From NCBI GenBank assembly GCA_051362555.1, contig CM120642.1, positions 3,100,001 to 3,164,000 of the forward strand: a stretch of DNA of 64,000 nt, read 5' to 3'. This stretch comes from Lingula anatina (Eukaryota; Animalia; Brachiopoda). Both the position numbers and the translations under genes were made by a program. Below the pieces are notes generated by a model, which had not been told where the DNA came from, made no database searches, and saw nothing but the letters and a program-made list of their open reading frames with translations. Shown one piece after another: positions 40,701 to 51,196 of this stretch. Each line of letters opens with the position of its first letter. Position 1 is the first letter of the stretch.

Positions 40701-43700
40701 ATGAGTGGAACTTTTGTGAGCAGAAGAGTTTGTCCATGCCCACTCTAAGAATGACGTGTGAGGCCAAGGTAATGTTATATAACAGTGAGTGGAACTTTTG
40801 TGAGCAGAAGAGTTTGTCCATGCCCACTCTAAGAATGACATGTGAGGCCAAGGTAATGTTGTTATATAACAGTGAGTGGAACTTTTGTGAGCAGAAGACT
40901 TTGTCCATGCCCATTCTAAGAATGACGAAAAAGTAAGGATCTTTACTATGAATATTTTTCAGTATAAATGTGCTGCATTGTTTAACATGTTTATATTAGT
41001 AAGTTGAAGATTTTGAATTTTATATGACAGCTTAATTATCCTATTGACTGAAATGATGATGTTAAATTTAATGTCCCACCACAGGAAATAACAATATTTT
41101 AAACCACATGTTACATGTACACTAAGGTTAGTTGATTATTTCATATGTTCTCAATATTTTTTCTGTAATTTCCAGAACCAACTTCGTGATATCCTGGTGA
41201 ATGCTGGGTTTCCAGAGGAAAGCCTCTACCCACAGATGTTCAACTCTTCAGGTCCAGACAGTAAATTAGATGTGGTAGGTGGCTATTAGAATTCTTATTG
41301 GATTTATTCTTAAGAGTGTCCTTGTCTGAAAAAGCTATTGGCAGAATGTGTAAGGGTTCAGGAACAGAAGTAGTTTGCAGAAGCTATCTTTTCTAAGAAT
41401 TCAATTCTTGTTGTACTTATTATGTATCTGCTGCAATGTAATATTTTGTCTTTCTCTTCTGCCATACTTTTTATGGTGTCATAGATTACATGGTCCTGAA
41501 TTCAAACCTAGATGTAACCTATACATTATTATAGATGAACAGGTACAGATTATGTTAGATATCACTCAGTGTCCAGATTAACAACACAGTTCAAAATTTC
41601 TTTCTTTGAGAACACTGCTATCAATTAACCTGTGTTTTCATGCCACATAGTATAAGATTATCCACATTATCAGGTGATATCCTTGCTGTGCCTGGGTCTT
41701 TACCCCAATGTGTGTTACCACAAAGAGAAGAGGAAGGTTCTGACTACAGAGAGTAGAGCTGCTCTGATTCACAAGTCTTCAGTCAACTGCAGCAATAGAG
41801 AACAGACATTTCCAACACCTTTCTTTGTGTTCGGAGAAAAGGTATATTTTCAAAATCATACACTCTCTTGTATCTGCTACACAAATGCTGTGACATTTCC
41901 TTGTTTTGATATAGGAATTAGTTAAAGGTAACTAGTAAATATTACAGTTACATTTTTCATAACCCTTTATTTATAAAAACCATTTTAGTAAAAAAAATTA
42001 TTAATTTTTCGTTAATTACAAAGTAATCCATCCTCAAACATATCCCCGAGGCAGTTTATTCAGCCAATTTTAACAAATGAAATGAAACTTCATGTCGACA
42101 ATTCATTTCTTTCATGCAATATTTCAGCGATGTTTCTTTTATTTTAGATATGAATAATTTTTTTACAAAAATGAATATAATTCTTGTCTTTGTTCTTGTA
42201 GATCCGTACGCGAGCAGTGTCATGTAAACAGATGACCATGGTGTCTCCAATACAGCTTCTCATATTTGCTGCACGCTCTGTGAAGGCTGAAAATGGGATG
42301 ATTATCCTGGATGGCTGGTATGTTTTATATGTAGAAATAGGATACAAAGTCATTTATATATTGTATTATCCTGGATGGCTGGTATGTTTTATATGTAGAA
42401 AGAGGATATTAAGTCAATTATATATTGTGTTATCCTGGATGGCTGGTATGTTTTATATGTAGAAAGAGGATACAAAGTTATTAATATATTGTATTATCCT
42501 GGATGGCTGGTATGTTTTATATGTAGAAATAGGATACAAAGTTATTAATATATTGTGTTATCCTGGATGGCTGGTATGTTTTATATGTAGAAAGAGGATA
42601 TTAAGTCAATTATATATTGTGTTATCCTGGATGGTTGGTATGTTTTATATGTAGAAAGAGGATATTAAGTCAATTATATATTGTGTTATCCTGGATGGTT
42701 GGTATGTTTTATATGTAGAAAGAGGATATTAAGTCAATTATATATTGTGTTATCCTGGATGGCTGGTATGTTTTATATGTAGAAATAGGATACAAAGTTA
42801 TTAATATATTGTGTTATCCTGGATGGCTGGTATGTTTTATATGTAGAAATAGGATACAAAGTTATTTATATATTGTGTTATCCTGGATGGCTGGTATGTT
42901 TTATATGTAGAAAGAGGATACAAAGTTATTTAATATATTGTGTTATCCTGGATGGCTGGTATGTTTTATATGTAGAAATAGGATACAAAGTTATTTATAT
43001 ATTGTGTTATCCTGGATGGCTGGTATGTTTTATATGTAGAAATAGGATACAAAGTTATTTATATATTGTGTTATCCTGGATGGCTGGTATGTTTTATATG
43101 TAGAAATAGGATACAAAGTTATTTAATATATTGTGTTATCCTGGATGGCTGGTATGTTTTATATGTAGAAATAGGATACAAAGTTATTTATATATTGTGT
43201 TATCCTGGATGGCTGGTATGTTTTATATGTAGAAATAGGATACAAAGTTATTTATATATTGTGTTATCCCGGATGGCTGGTATGTTTTATATGTAGAAAT
43301 AGGATACAAAGTTATTAATATATTGTGTTATCCTGGATGACTGGTATGTTTTAAATATATGTAGTCCTTAATATACAAAGTTCTTAATATAGTGTATCCA
43401 GTTGTTAGAAATTAGTATTGGGACTATGTAATGTAATTTGAGATTGTGATTGTTTTTTGTTTTTTTTTTATTAGCCAATACTTTACAGAAACTGATATAA
43501 AAAGTTTGAAAATAGTACTCTTTTTGTACATCAAAAAGTCAAAGGTGGCAACTTGGAAATGGAAAAAAAAAGGATGAGATTTTAGAAATTAAGAAAATAA
43601 CAACACATGTACATATAAGTGAAGTAAACTGTATTCAATCACTTTATTCAGACATGCACATGCACAGTCAAATTCATTCCCTTCTTGTCATATGTCCACC

Positions 43701-44624
43701 TACAGGTTAAATCTGAAGATGCCATTTAGCCAGGCAGCCAAGATAGTGGCCCTCCGTCCTGCCCTGGAGGCCCTGAATATCAGAGCTACCACAGATCCTG
43801 AGGGCACTTCACAACCCATGCCACTGGATGAGCAACTGATGCAGGTGTTCAGGGCGCTGTCCAGGCCAAATGCTGGCAGCTTTGGAGTGGAGAATAATTA
43901 CTCTGGGAAAGAAACGGCAGCAGGGTGAGTGTTTCTCATAACTGGTATAATATCTAGTAATGTGTTGAGTGATATATGTCTATATTTAGTTCCATTTTAT
44001 ATAGATTGGGGATTTTTGGTAATGCTATTATGAAGAAATATATATAGATGGTGTGTTGATATTTCTAGCTTGACTGTAATGCCATCACTCCTTACACACT
44101 GTCATACTGGTACAGTACATATGTGATATCAGTTTATATGTTCATTTGGACCTCTGCCATTACTAGCAATGTTTTTTTTTCATTTAGAAATTATCATTTC
44201 TCCATTTTCACCTATTAATTATTTAAAAAGGAAACAAGTGTGAAAACAGAGAAGCAATTTAGCCTGACAAAACTTCAGAGTGCTTCCTGTTTCATATTTT
44301 TACTAATTAGGTATTAAAATTTGAAATGTATATGTTTGATGATTTTTTTAAATGGTTTTAATTCTGATCTCTTTTTTTTTTCACAGTGGCCCAGGATTTG
44401 GCCCACCACCTCCAAAAAGGTTCCACTCGGGTCCTGGAGGGGGACCTAGATTTGGAGGAGGACCAAGATTTGGAGGTGGATTTGGTGGCCGAGGGGGAGG
44501 ATTTGGAAGAGGTGGATTCCGAGGAGGAAGAGGCGGGTTTGGTGGAGGAAGAGGTGCATTTGGAGGTGGATTTCCCAGAGGAAGGGGTGGATTTAGGGGT
44601 GGATTCAACAGAGGAGGATTTTAA
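12745..44624 (+). CDS. DHX9: DHX9 paralog, copy B: intact helicase core to RGG tail, apparently N-terminally truncated (no dsRBDs/MTAD), 20 exons
   Basis: Exons 12745-12864 ([10 protein letters not shown]...[10 protein letters not shown], Walker A), 13229-13300, [17.1-kb intron holding the nested gene], 30414-30555, 30866-30948, 31609-31765, 32116-32222, 32408-32506, 32927-33041, 33235-33329, 33593-33666, 34033-34185, 34485-34645, 34870-34981, 40059-40226, 40600-40684, 41176-41274, 41674-41841, 42202-42317, 43706-43924, 44387-44624. All GT-AG and in frame, with no stops seen. The true start codon is uncertain. Confidence 0.92.
13248..13729 (+). repeat. 53-bp exon-end/splice-donor minisatellite x9
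   Basis: Unit gtgagtttatagaggcaggtagaggatctcagtgcaatgttgtgattacacag. Only 2 units in copy C (49833-49938). Confidence 0.95.
13927..14057. mobile_element. Tourist/Harbinger-like MITE
   Basis: TIR gggccttttcagaatcagttgatc...gatcaactggttctgaacaggccc with TAA on both sides (13924-13926, 14058-14060). Confidence 0.65.
14090..15166. mobile_element. Non-autonomous TIR DNA transposon (Academ-like), 1.08-kb derivative of the 35709-39453 family
   Basis: Termini TAGTAGGCTTGTTAAG...CTTAACAAGCCTATTA, ~145-bp TIR, 3-bp TSD TGT. Near-identical to the arms of 35709-39453 and absent in unit C. Confidence 0.85.
15167..15462. repeat. 71-75-bp tandem repeat derived from MITE end + flank
   Basis: Unit gactagttagtctgcagatcaactggttctgaacaggccctaagactacagtctcaatcactgttcccatg x4 here (plus one before 14090), with a paralog x3 at 50224-50446. 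Confidence 0.9.
16800..21550 (-). repeat. Coding tandem repeat, 234-bp unit (~21 units incl. 246-bp and 165-bp variants)
   Basis: Recurrent gcatgctgtgacagcacat every ~234 bp. Includes a 1102-bp higher-order duplication (17215 vs 18317). Confidence 0.95.
23006..23258 (-). CDS. Death domain exon of the nested gene
   Basis: [53 protein letters not shown]...[14 protein letters not shown](ETV) follows the classic DD pattern W..LA..L.F......I...HP.....Q....L..(W/F)....L..AL. Confidence 0.8.
24092..24460 (-). CDS. TRADD-N-like domain exon of the nested gene
   Basis: [65 protein letters not shown] resembles the TRADD-like N-terminal signature G(S/C)hhhhh.....L..hW..Y.SG.L...L...hIT. Phase 1-1 exon. 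Confidence 0.65.
27195..27858 (-). repeat. 39-bp splice-donor minisatellite x17 at the DED exon end
   Basis: Unit ttaagtcatctaaataattaacaccaaccttgcatgtct reads on the minus strand as AGACATGCAAG|GTTGGTGTTAATT..., the donor of exon 28221-27846. Confidence 0.95.
27846..28203 (-). pseudogene. Death-effector-domain (DED)-like exon of the nested gene, with premature stop
   Basis: [101 protein letters not shown] matches the DED pattern LL..I..ELT..D...IK..L / L.LL..LE....I...N...L..LL. It is missing from the ORF track because of the stop at codon 49. Confidence 0.75.
29145..29400 (-). other. Putative non-coding first exon of the nested gene
   Basis: Strong minus-strand donor AAG|GTGAGT at 29145/29144, ~0.9 kb upstream of the acceptor of the ATG-containing exon (28221). 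The 5' boundary is a guess. Confidence 0.4.
31096..31431. mobile_element. 336-bp Kolobok-like MITE
   Basis: TIR agggataataactcttcgt...acgaagagttattatccct, flanked by TTAA/TTTA. The empty site gtattaagcaaatag is in copy A (~621-635). RR..YY termini with a TTAA target are Kolobok-type. Confidence 0.75.
35191..40063 (+). repeat. 32-bp splice-acceptor minisatellite (~35 units) split by a transposon
   Basis: ~16 units at 35191-35708 and ~19 units at 39454-40058. Paralog of 5120-5822. Confidence 0.93.
35709..39453. mobile_element. 3.7-kb long-TIR (foldback) DNA transposon, Academ-like, non-autonomous
   Basis: Termini TAGTAGGCTTGTTAAG...CTTAACAAGCCTACTA with 3-bp TSD TGA. Near-perfect ~780-bp inverted arms (mirror ORFs 36195+ / 38977-). 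No intact transposase. The superfamily is inferred from YR termini, 3-bp TSD and long TIRs. Confidence 0.88.
40613..40926 (+). repeat. 84-bp exon/donor repeat x~3.7 (in frame)
   Basis: Unit encodes [23 protein letters not shown]|VMLYN. Donors at 40685, 40769 and 40853. Single copy in copy A. Confidence 0.95.
42302..43360 (+). repeat. 64/65-bp exon-end/donor minisatellite x~17
   Basis: Unit ttatcctggatggctg|gtatgttttatatgtagaaataggatacaaagttattaatatattgtg. Only 2 units in copy A (7956-8055). Confidence 0.95.
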
Positions 44625-45231
44625 TATTTTGAACAGGGGTGTGAAATAATATGTGAAAACTTTAATGTGAGAGAAACTGCCTGCTAATGGATATTTCAGT
44701 GGATATTTCAAATGTGTATTATGAAAACGTTTTTCATAGTTTTAAACAATTCATAGGCAAAATTGTTCTTACACCTCATTTGATCGGAGTAAAAATACAA
44801 TAAAACAAGTCTGAGAAAGACTCAGTGACACCTAATTTCTCTCCAGAACTGATATAGCACCACCCTGTATATATCTGTACAATGCTGTACTCCTCATTCT
44901 TCATAAACCTCACCTCTTTTGTCTGTCATGAGTTTTCATATGTTTAGATGTCTGCAGTATGTAACACAGGGAGCAAGTGTACAGTGTACATGTGCAAATG
45001 TACAGAAAACATTTATATAAGTGTTACACCATACAGTCATGTCACCCAAAGGCTAGGGTGTCCATCCTCCCTGAAAAATGCAATACTTTATGTTGCAAAA
45101 TGATTGTAATTTGCAGAATATATTACATTTACTTGATGTTTGCAATGTGGAACAATTTTACAGATACAACATTTTAAAGTCATAGCTAGATAATTGAAAT
45201 TACATTATTCCTATGGAGTAGTACATGTAGC

Positions 45232-45237
45232 AATAAA
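45232..45237 (+). terminator. Putative poly(A) signal of DHX9 copy B
   Basis: Paralog of 10044-10049. Confidence 0.45.
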
Positions 45238-45346
45238 AGTGAAAAACAGGCCACCTTGTGTTTCTATTCTATATAGTGAAACAACCACAAATGTTACACA
45301 AGAAAATATTATATCCAAAATTATAAATGTAAAAGTTCAGTTTTAA

Positions 45347-46274
45347 GGTAGATCGGTCGTTACGTAATTTGACGATTTGCGCAATTTCAGCGCATCGTCA
45401 ATCGTCTCTAACGACACTTCAGTCTGTTTTATTAATTTAAGGAAATAAAACAATTGTCTATAAGATAAACACACATTATCAACTTGTCTGTAACTCTGTA
45501 TGATCGATACAGATTTTCGACAACGTTTGTCGACTATGATTCCATACGACAACTGTAGCACGTTCATAGACTTGCCCTTCAAGAAATCGTCGGAATAGCT
45601 CCTTTTCCAATTTGAATTGGCACTAGAACATGTATGACAGCTAAAGCTCACAAATTATGCACGTAGGTGCTATGTCATGTAAAGAATAAGTGTTGTAAAT
45701 TCCAATCAAAGCGGCTGCGTACATTTTGAGGTAGAACGCCCTGAATGTGCTGCTGTAGTTTAGATTTCGACGAAAACCGGAAGTGCGTCGTAACGCCACT
45801 CATTTGGACTTAGAGAAATTTGGACTGAGAAATATTTCGTAGCTTATACAAATGTTCAGAAAATGGCCATAGGGTCTACAGCTTGAAGAAAATTCACTAA
45901 TCAAAATTGAAACTGAGTTATATTATACAGAAAAATTGTGCACTTCTGACCTTGACTTGTCAGTGTAAACAAAGTGTACTGAACGCACCGCAAGCAAGCA
46001 CGTGAATGCCGCATTTGATACTTTGTATCAGACGCTTCATTTTACTTGACAACACAGTGTTTACGATGTCACGTTCATGTTATATTCATTAATAAATAAC
46101 AACGGCAATAAACTATTTTCATATGCATGAGTATTTCCCTTATTCTCTTCAATAATTTTGTTGTAAAGTTAATGGCTTACACCTTCTCATCAGTTTGACA
46201 AATCTGAAAATAGCTGAGTATACTCACTTCAACTGTTAAACATAACGAAAGTTTTAAATGTACTTAGATGTCTC

Positions 46275-46349
<75 letters not shown>

Positions 46350-46987
46350 ATAAAAAATAACGATTTAGTGAAAAACACCCATTTTCCCATTGATTTGAAT
46401 GGGGACTTCCGACTAGTGCGTCACGCAGGGTGTAACGCACTTCAACTTGGCGTAGTTCTCTTATTTGGTCAGTGACCCCCAACTTTTTTGGCAAAATTAA
46501 AATCTACTTGGATGCCTCTTTACACAAAAAAGTTTTTTTTTTAATTCAAACGTTAGAAAAATCATAAAAAATAACGTTTTGGTGAAAAACACCCATTTCC
46601 CCATTGATTTGAATGGGGACTAGTGCGTCACGCAGGGTGTAGCGCACTTCAACTTGGCGTAGTTCTCTTATTTGGTCGGTGACCCCCAATTTTTTTGGTA
46701 AAATTGAAATGTACTTGGAGGCCTCTTTACACAAAAAAATTTTTTTAAAAATTCGAACGTCAGAAAGTCATAAAAAATAATGCTTTAGTGAGAAAACACC
46801 CATTTTCCCATTGATTTGAATGGGGACTAGTGCGATATGCAGGGTGTATCATATTTAGGGCTAGTTCTCTTATTTGGTCGGTGACCCCCAATTTTTTTTG
46901 CAAATTTTTTATGTACTTGGGTGTCTCTTCAAACAAAAAAAATTTTTAAAAAATTCGAACGTTGGAACATGTAACGACCGATCTACC
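45347..46987. mobile_element. 1.64-kb Kolobok-like non-autonomous DNA transposon
   Basis: Perfect 17-bp TIR GGTAGATCGGTCGTTAC...GTAACGACCGATCTACC with TTAA TSD. Empty site ttttaaggtaag at ~10158 in unit A. Three ~210-220-bp subterminal repeats at 46350-46975. Confidence 0.88.
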
Positions 46988-48104
46988 TTAAGGTAAGTTT
47001 CCCCCAATGAAAAGATCAAGTCATAAATTACGAATTATTGAAAATTGTATAATAAAGGATAATTGCTTTGGGGAAAAAATCTTATTTGTATGAGAAATAG
47101 CCTATATGAGAATTTAATTCTAATTTCACCATTTTGATTATCAGTTCTGATTTTCACGAATGTGGAGTATGTGAAATTTGGCTTCTTTAAAAATCATAAT
47201 AACACATTCCCACAAAGCACAACAGCTGACCAATATTGACTCAGTGGTGATGACGGCAGCTATAATACCTTTCTACAAATCTTCTCTCTGGCACGAAATA
47301 CATGCACTGAGCGAAAAATATAAATGCCCCATGTAATACTTTACAAATTTTATCTGCATTGTTATTTTTATACAAAGTGAATTTTGTTGTTCAATGTGCT
47401 ATAGATAAAAATTAAAATTATAAGACAACATCAATTCATTTGGAGTAACCACATTACATAAATAATTCATTGTTTGTATTTTTCCTCGGTTAATATACAA
47501 ATAAATTACATGCATGTATTCAATTCAATGACGTTGATTGACACAATTGTACAATCATTTAATGCAATTATGTTGCAAGGTCATTTTAAATATTAAAAAA
47601 TTAATAACACTAAAATTTAAAATTAAATAAGATAAAAAAAATTCTAAATATGACAGCAAATCCATGTTACTTAAAAATGTTGACAACAGTTCAGAAGTTT
47701 TCTCAGAAGTTCTGCGAAAAGAAATGATATGATCTTTAAGACTAGAATCTATGTGATTCTCAAAATGAAAGACTTTGTGATGTCCTTAAATATTTCTTGT
47801 CAACTTTATTTGTTGATATAGGGGTGAAATCTTTGAAAACTAAGAATATAGATTTTACTTATTTCATGCCATTGCCACTGTCACAGTGTAATAACCTTGG
47901 CAGTTGCCCCAAATGTGCCAAACCATATTTTTGTTTAAAGATGTAGACTTGTTGAATGGCAATTTGTTTTGTAAAAAGGCATGTTCATTTGGAAAACTCC
48001 ATTATTATGAAAGATATCATTACAAAAATTTGTTTACTGGAATGTACCTTTTTATGTTATTTTAAAATGGACTAATAAGAATAATGTTTTGGTGCTGTTT
48101 TTAT

Positions 48105-48650
48105 GCCTTATTTTACGATGATAAAATGTGGCAATATTCCCAGAAGTTGAACAACAATTGATCTCTTTATAACAGACATTGCAAATCCAGATTGTTTCTT
48201 AGGTGAGATCTCTCTCTCTCTCTGTCTCTCTCTCTCTCTTTTCCTCTCTCTTTCTTTCTCTCTCTCAGCCTGCTAGTGAAGCAGAAACTAGAGGAATTTG
48301 AACTCCAGGAAGAGTATGGAGGGCATAGTGTCCTGGTCTCCCCCTCAGCAGAACTGGAACCCATGGACAGCATGTAATATAGACGAGGGTCCACTGGCCT
48401 TTGTGAGTGTTTTCTTCACACCAGACAAATAAGCAGATTTATTTCACAAGCATTTAGTTGTTTTTTCCAAGGCTTTTAAGACTGTCTAGAAGACCAGAGT
48501 ATGCTTTGTGAACTGTAGGTAAAAACAATCATAAAATATAGACAGTCTATTAGTAAAGCATTCATTTTTACAGGCCACAATGGAGCAAATAGGATCTAAT
48601 TTACTTAGTGGTATGGAGCAGCAGAGGAAAATGGATCAAGGTCTCAAGTT
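48105..48650 (+). pseudogene. Decayed DHX9 linker/MTAD exons upstream of copy C
   Basis: Reads NVAIFPEVEQQLISL*QTLQIQIVS*|gtgag. Exon 48269-48402 is [11 protein letters not shown][frameshift][33 protein letters not shown] (MTAD, cf. human [26 protein letters not shown]). Exon from 48574 reads ATMEQIGSNLLSGMEQQRKMDQGLK with no in-phase GT donor. Confidence 0.8.
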
Positions 48651-49335
48651 TTGTCTGTCTGTTTTTATTTCCCTTAATCCATGTGTAATAGAACTTATAT
48701 TCATGTTTAACATGCATTTAGGATGGATACATGATGGAGTCATTTGTTCTCCATGTAAAAGCCATCAAAACTGGGCTTGTGATTCACCTTTATAGGAAGG
48801 ATTTTAAACACATTCTGAGTGCATGAATGGCTGCTCGTTGAATTTTCTGTGGACAATTAAAGCTTTTAGAAGAAAAACTGACAGATAGATGGCCTTTATC
48901 AATTTGCAAAAAATAATCATATTCATCATCCCTTAGAGTCGGTTTTCAGCCATTTCGTGACAGTTTAAAAATAGCACAAGTCTCAAATATCCAGAGATTT
49001 AGTTATTGAATGGTGTATTTGGAAAACCTGTGTTTTAGCATAGGTTTTGATCTTTTCCTTTTACCTAAATAGTAACAGAGTTATGGGGAGTGTCAAAAAA
49101 GTAAGAATAAATGTTATTTACCCGGGAAAATGAGTAAAACAAGAGAATTTTGTGAGAAAATCTTGGCTTGGAAGACTTCAGTTATAAATTATATAACTTT
49201 TACATAATCATACAACATAAATGTACTGAAATTCAATGAACAGCAACCCACTTCATTGTCAATGAACATTACTACTCTGAATAAATGCATATTGTGATTT
49301 TATAAACTTAAATGGTCTAATCTTCTTTTGTCTAG

Positions 49336-49885
49336 ATGATGACAGAGAGAGGAGAACTACCTGTCCATTCATACAAGGAGGAAATATTAAGAACAATTCA
49401 TCGTAGTCCTGTGACTTTGATAAGAGGAGCCACTGGATGTGGTAAGACCACCCAGGTAAGAGATAATGATGTAGTAGATAGAGAGGGGTTGAAGGTGTCA
49501 ACAGACACATAACTTAACCATTTCGCCTGTTTAAAGTAGTCTAGATTAATGACTGCCGCACTTAAGGTATTTTTAAATTGTTAACCCAAGACAGGTGTAT
49601 TAAACTTGAATACATTGACTAGAAATGACCGATTGAATAAAGCAAATATTAAATGCACCAATTTATCATCAATTTAGGTGAATTTAATTTTCTTTTGGCA
49701 GATTTAAAAATTATGCATAGCAGATACCTTATTAAGCAAAATTTGATATTTTCTCCCGTAATGAAATTTCCTTTGCTAATATGCTAATTTTTGGGTTTCA
49801 TTTTCGTCCTCAGGTTCCTCAGTTCATCATTGATGAGTTTATAGAGGCAGGTAGAGGATCTCAGTGCAATGTTGTGATTACACAG
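49336..49885 (+). CDS. DHX9: DHX9 paralog, copy C: first two intact helicase exons (gene presumably continues beyond the window after a >14-kb intron)
   Basis: Exons 49336-49455 ([40 protein letters not shown]) and 49814-49885 ([24 protein letters not shown]), paralogous to 12745-12864 and 13229-13300. Confidence 0.88.
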
Positions 49886-49986
49886 GTGAGTTTATAGAGG
49901 CAGGTAGAGGATCTCAGTGCTATGTTGTGATTACACAGGTGAGTTCTGCTTTGAAAGTCCATATCCACCTTGTTCATCACAATGTA

Positions 49987-50192
49987 TGACCCCATTCCCA
50001 TAGATTATAGATCGAACTATCCCCGTGGGGAGTCTCACTAGATTACTGTCAGCTTAGCTGGCTTAAGCGTCTGTCCCGCCTACTAAAAATTGTAAGGGGT
50101 AGTTAACTATGGTGCGCGCTCGGCTGACTGCAATTTAGCCTGAACCCCCAGGGAGTTAGGTTTTCTAAATCTAAATCTCTGGGAATGCACCC
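49987..50192. mobile_element. ~200-bp MITE
   Basis: Imperfect TIR cattcccatagattatagat...atctaaatctctgggaatg, TA-flanked. Empty site gtatgtttttactgg at ~13770 in unit B. Confidence 0.65.
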
Positions 50193-51196
50193 TATGTTTT
50201 TACTGGTAGATGACAATAAATGTGACTACAGTCTCAATCACTGTTCCCATGTGGGCTAATTAGTCTGCAGATCAACTGGTTCTGAACAGGCCCTAAGACT
50301 ACAGTCTCAATCACTGTTCCCATGGACTAGTTAGTCTGCAGATCAACTGGTTCTGAACAGGCCCTAAGACTACAGTCTCAATCACTGTTCCCATGGACTA
50401 GTTAGTCTGCAGATCAACTGGTCCTGAACAGGCCCTAAGACTACAGTATTGGTAACATTTTATGAAAATAAATTCTCAATTTAAAGATAAGCGTATCAAA
50501 AAAATAAACCAAATTGTATAAAAAGGTGATGTATTGATTTTATTGTGATCAGACTAGTTTCCAATGCATTTCCATTTATGCCGGTATCTTTTTCATTTTC
50601 ATTATCCTTAAACAACGTATGAAGTTTTCAGTGTTTGTATTTTTTTTTTTTCACATTTATAGTGCTGATGCAGCACACAACTTGACTTTTACTTCAGTCT
50701 ATATGGCAAGTTTCAATCAGCTTCTAGAGAAGGACATAGCACAGAAACAGCTCTCCTAAGGGTTCATAATGACATCATGCTTTCTTTAGACAAACAAAAA
50801 GATGTTATTTTAGTCCTTTTAGATCTGTCTGCTGCATTCGACACCATTGACCACAACATACTTCTGCACAGACTACAGTACCGATTTGGAGTAAAAGATT
50901 TAGCACTTAATTGGTTAACCTCATATCTAAAAGATCGAACACAAAAGATGTCAATTGAGTCGTAGCCCACTATTTTAGAGTATGGTGTCCCTCAGGGGTC
51001 TGTGCTAGGTCCATTGCTCTTTTCATTGTATATGCTACCAGTAGAAGACATTATAGTTAAACATGGTCTCAACACTGTCATTTTTGCTGATGACACTCAA
51101 ATTTATGTCACAAGTGAAAGTAATCGCTCCATGGCTATCACCTCAATAGAAACTTGTCTAGTTGAGATCCGAAATTGGATGAAAACAAACATGCTA

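Noticed and set aside
1-44624. Copies A and B as purely uncollapsed haplotypes
   Set aside because: Three units share one truncation junction, have distinct TE insertions and carry strongly diverged nested paralogs. This is not fully excludable without reads, but unlikely.
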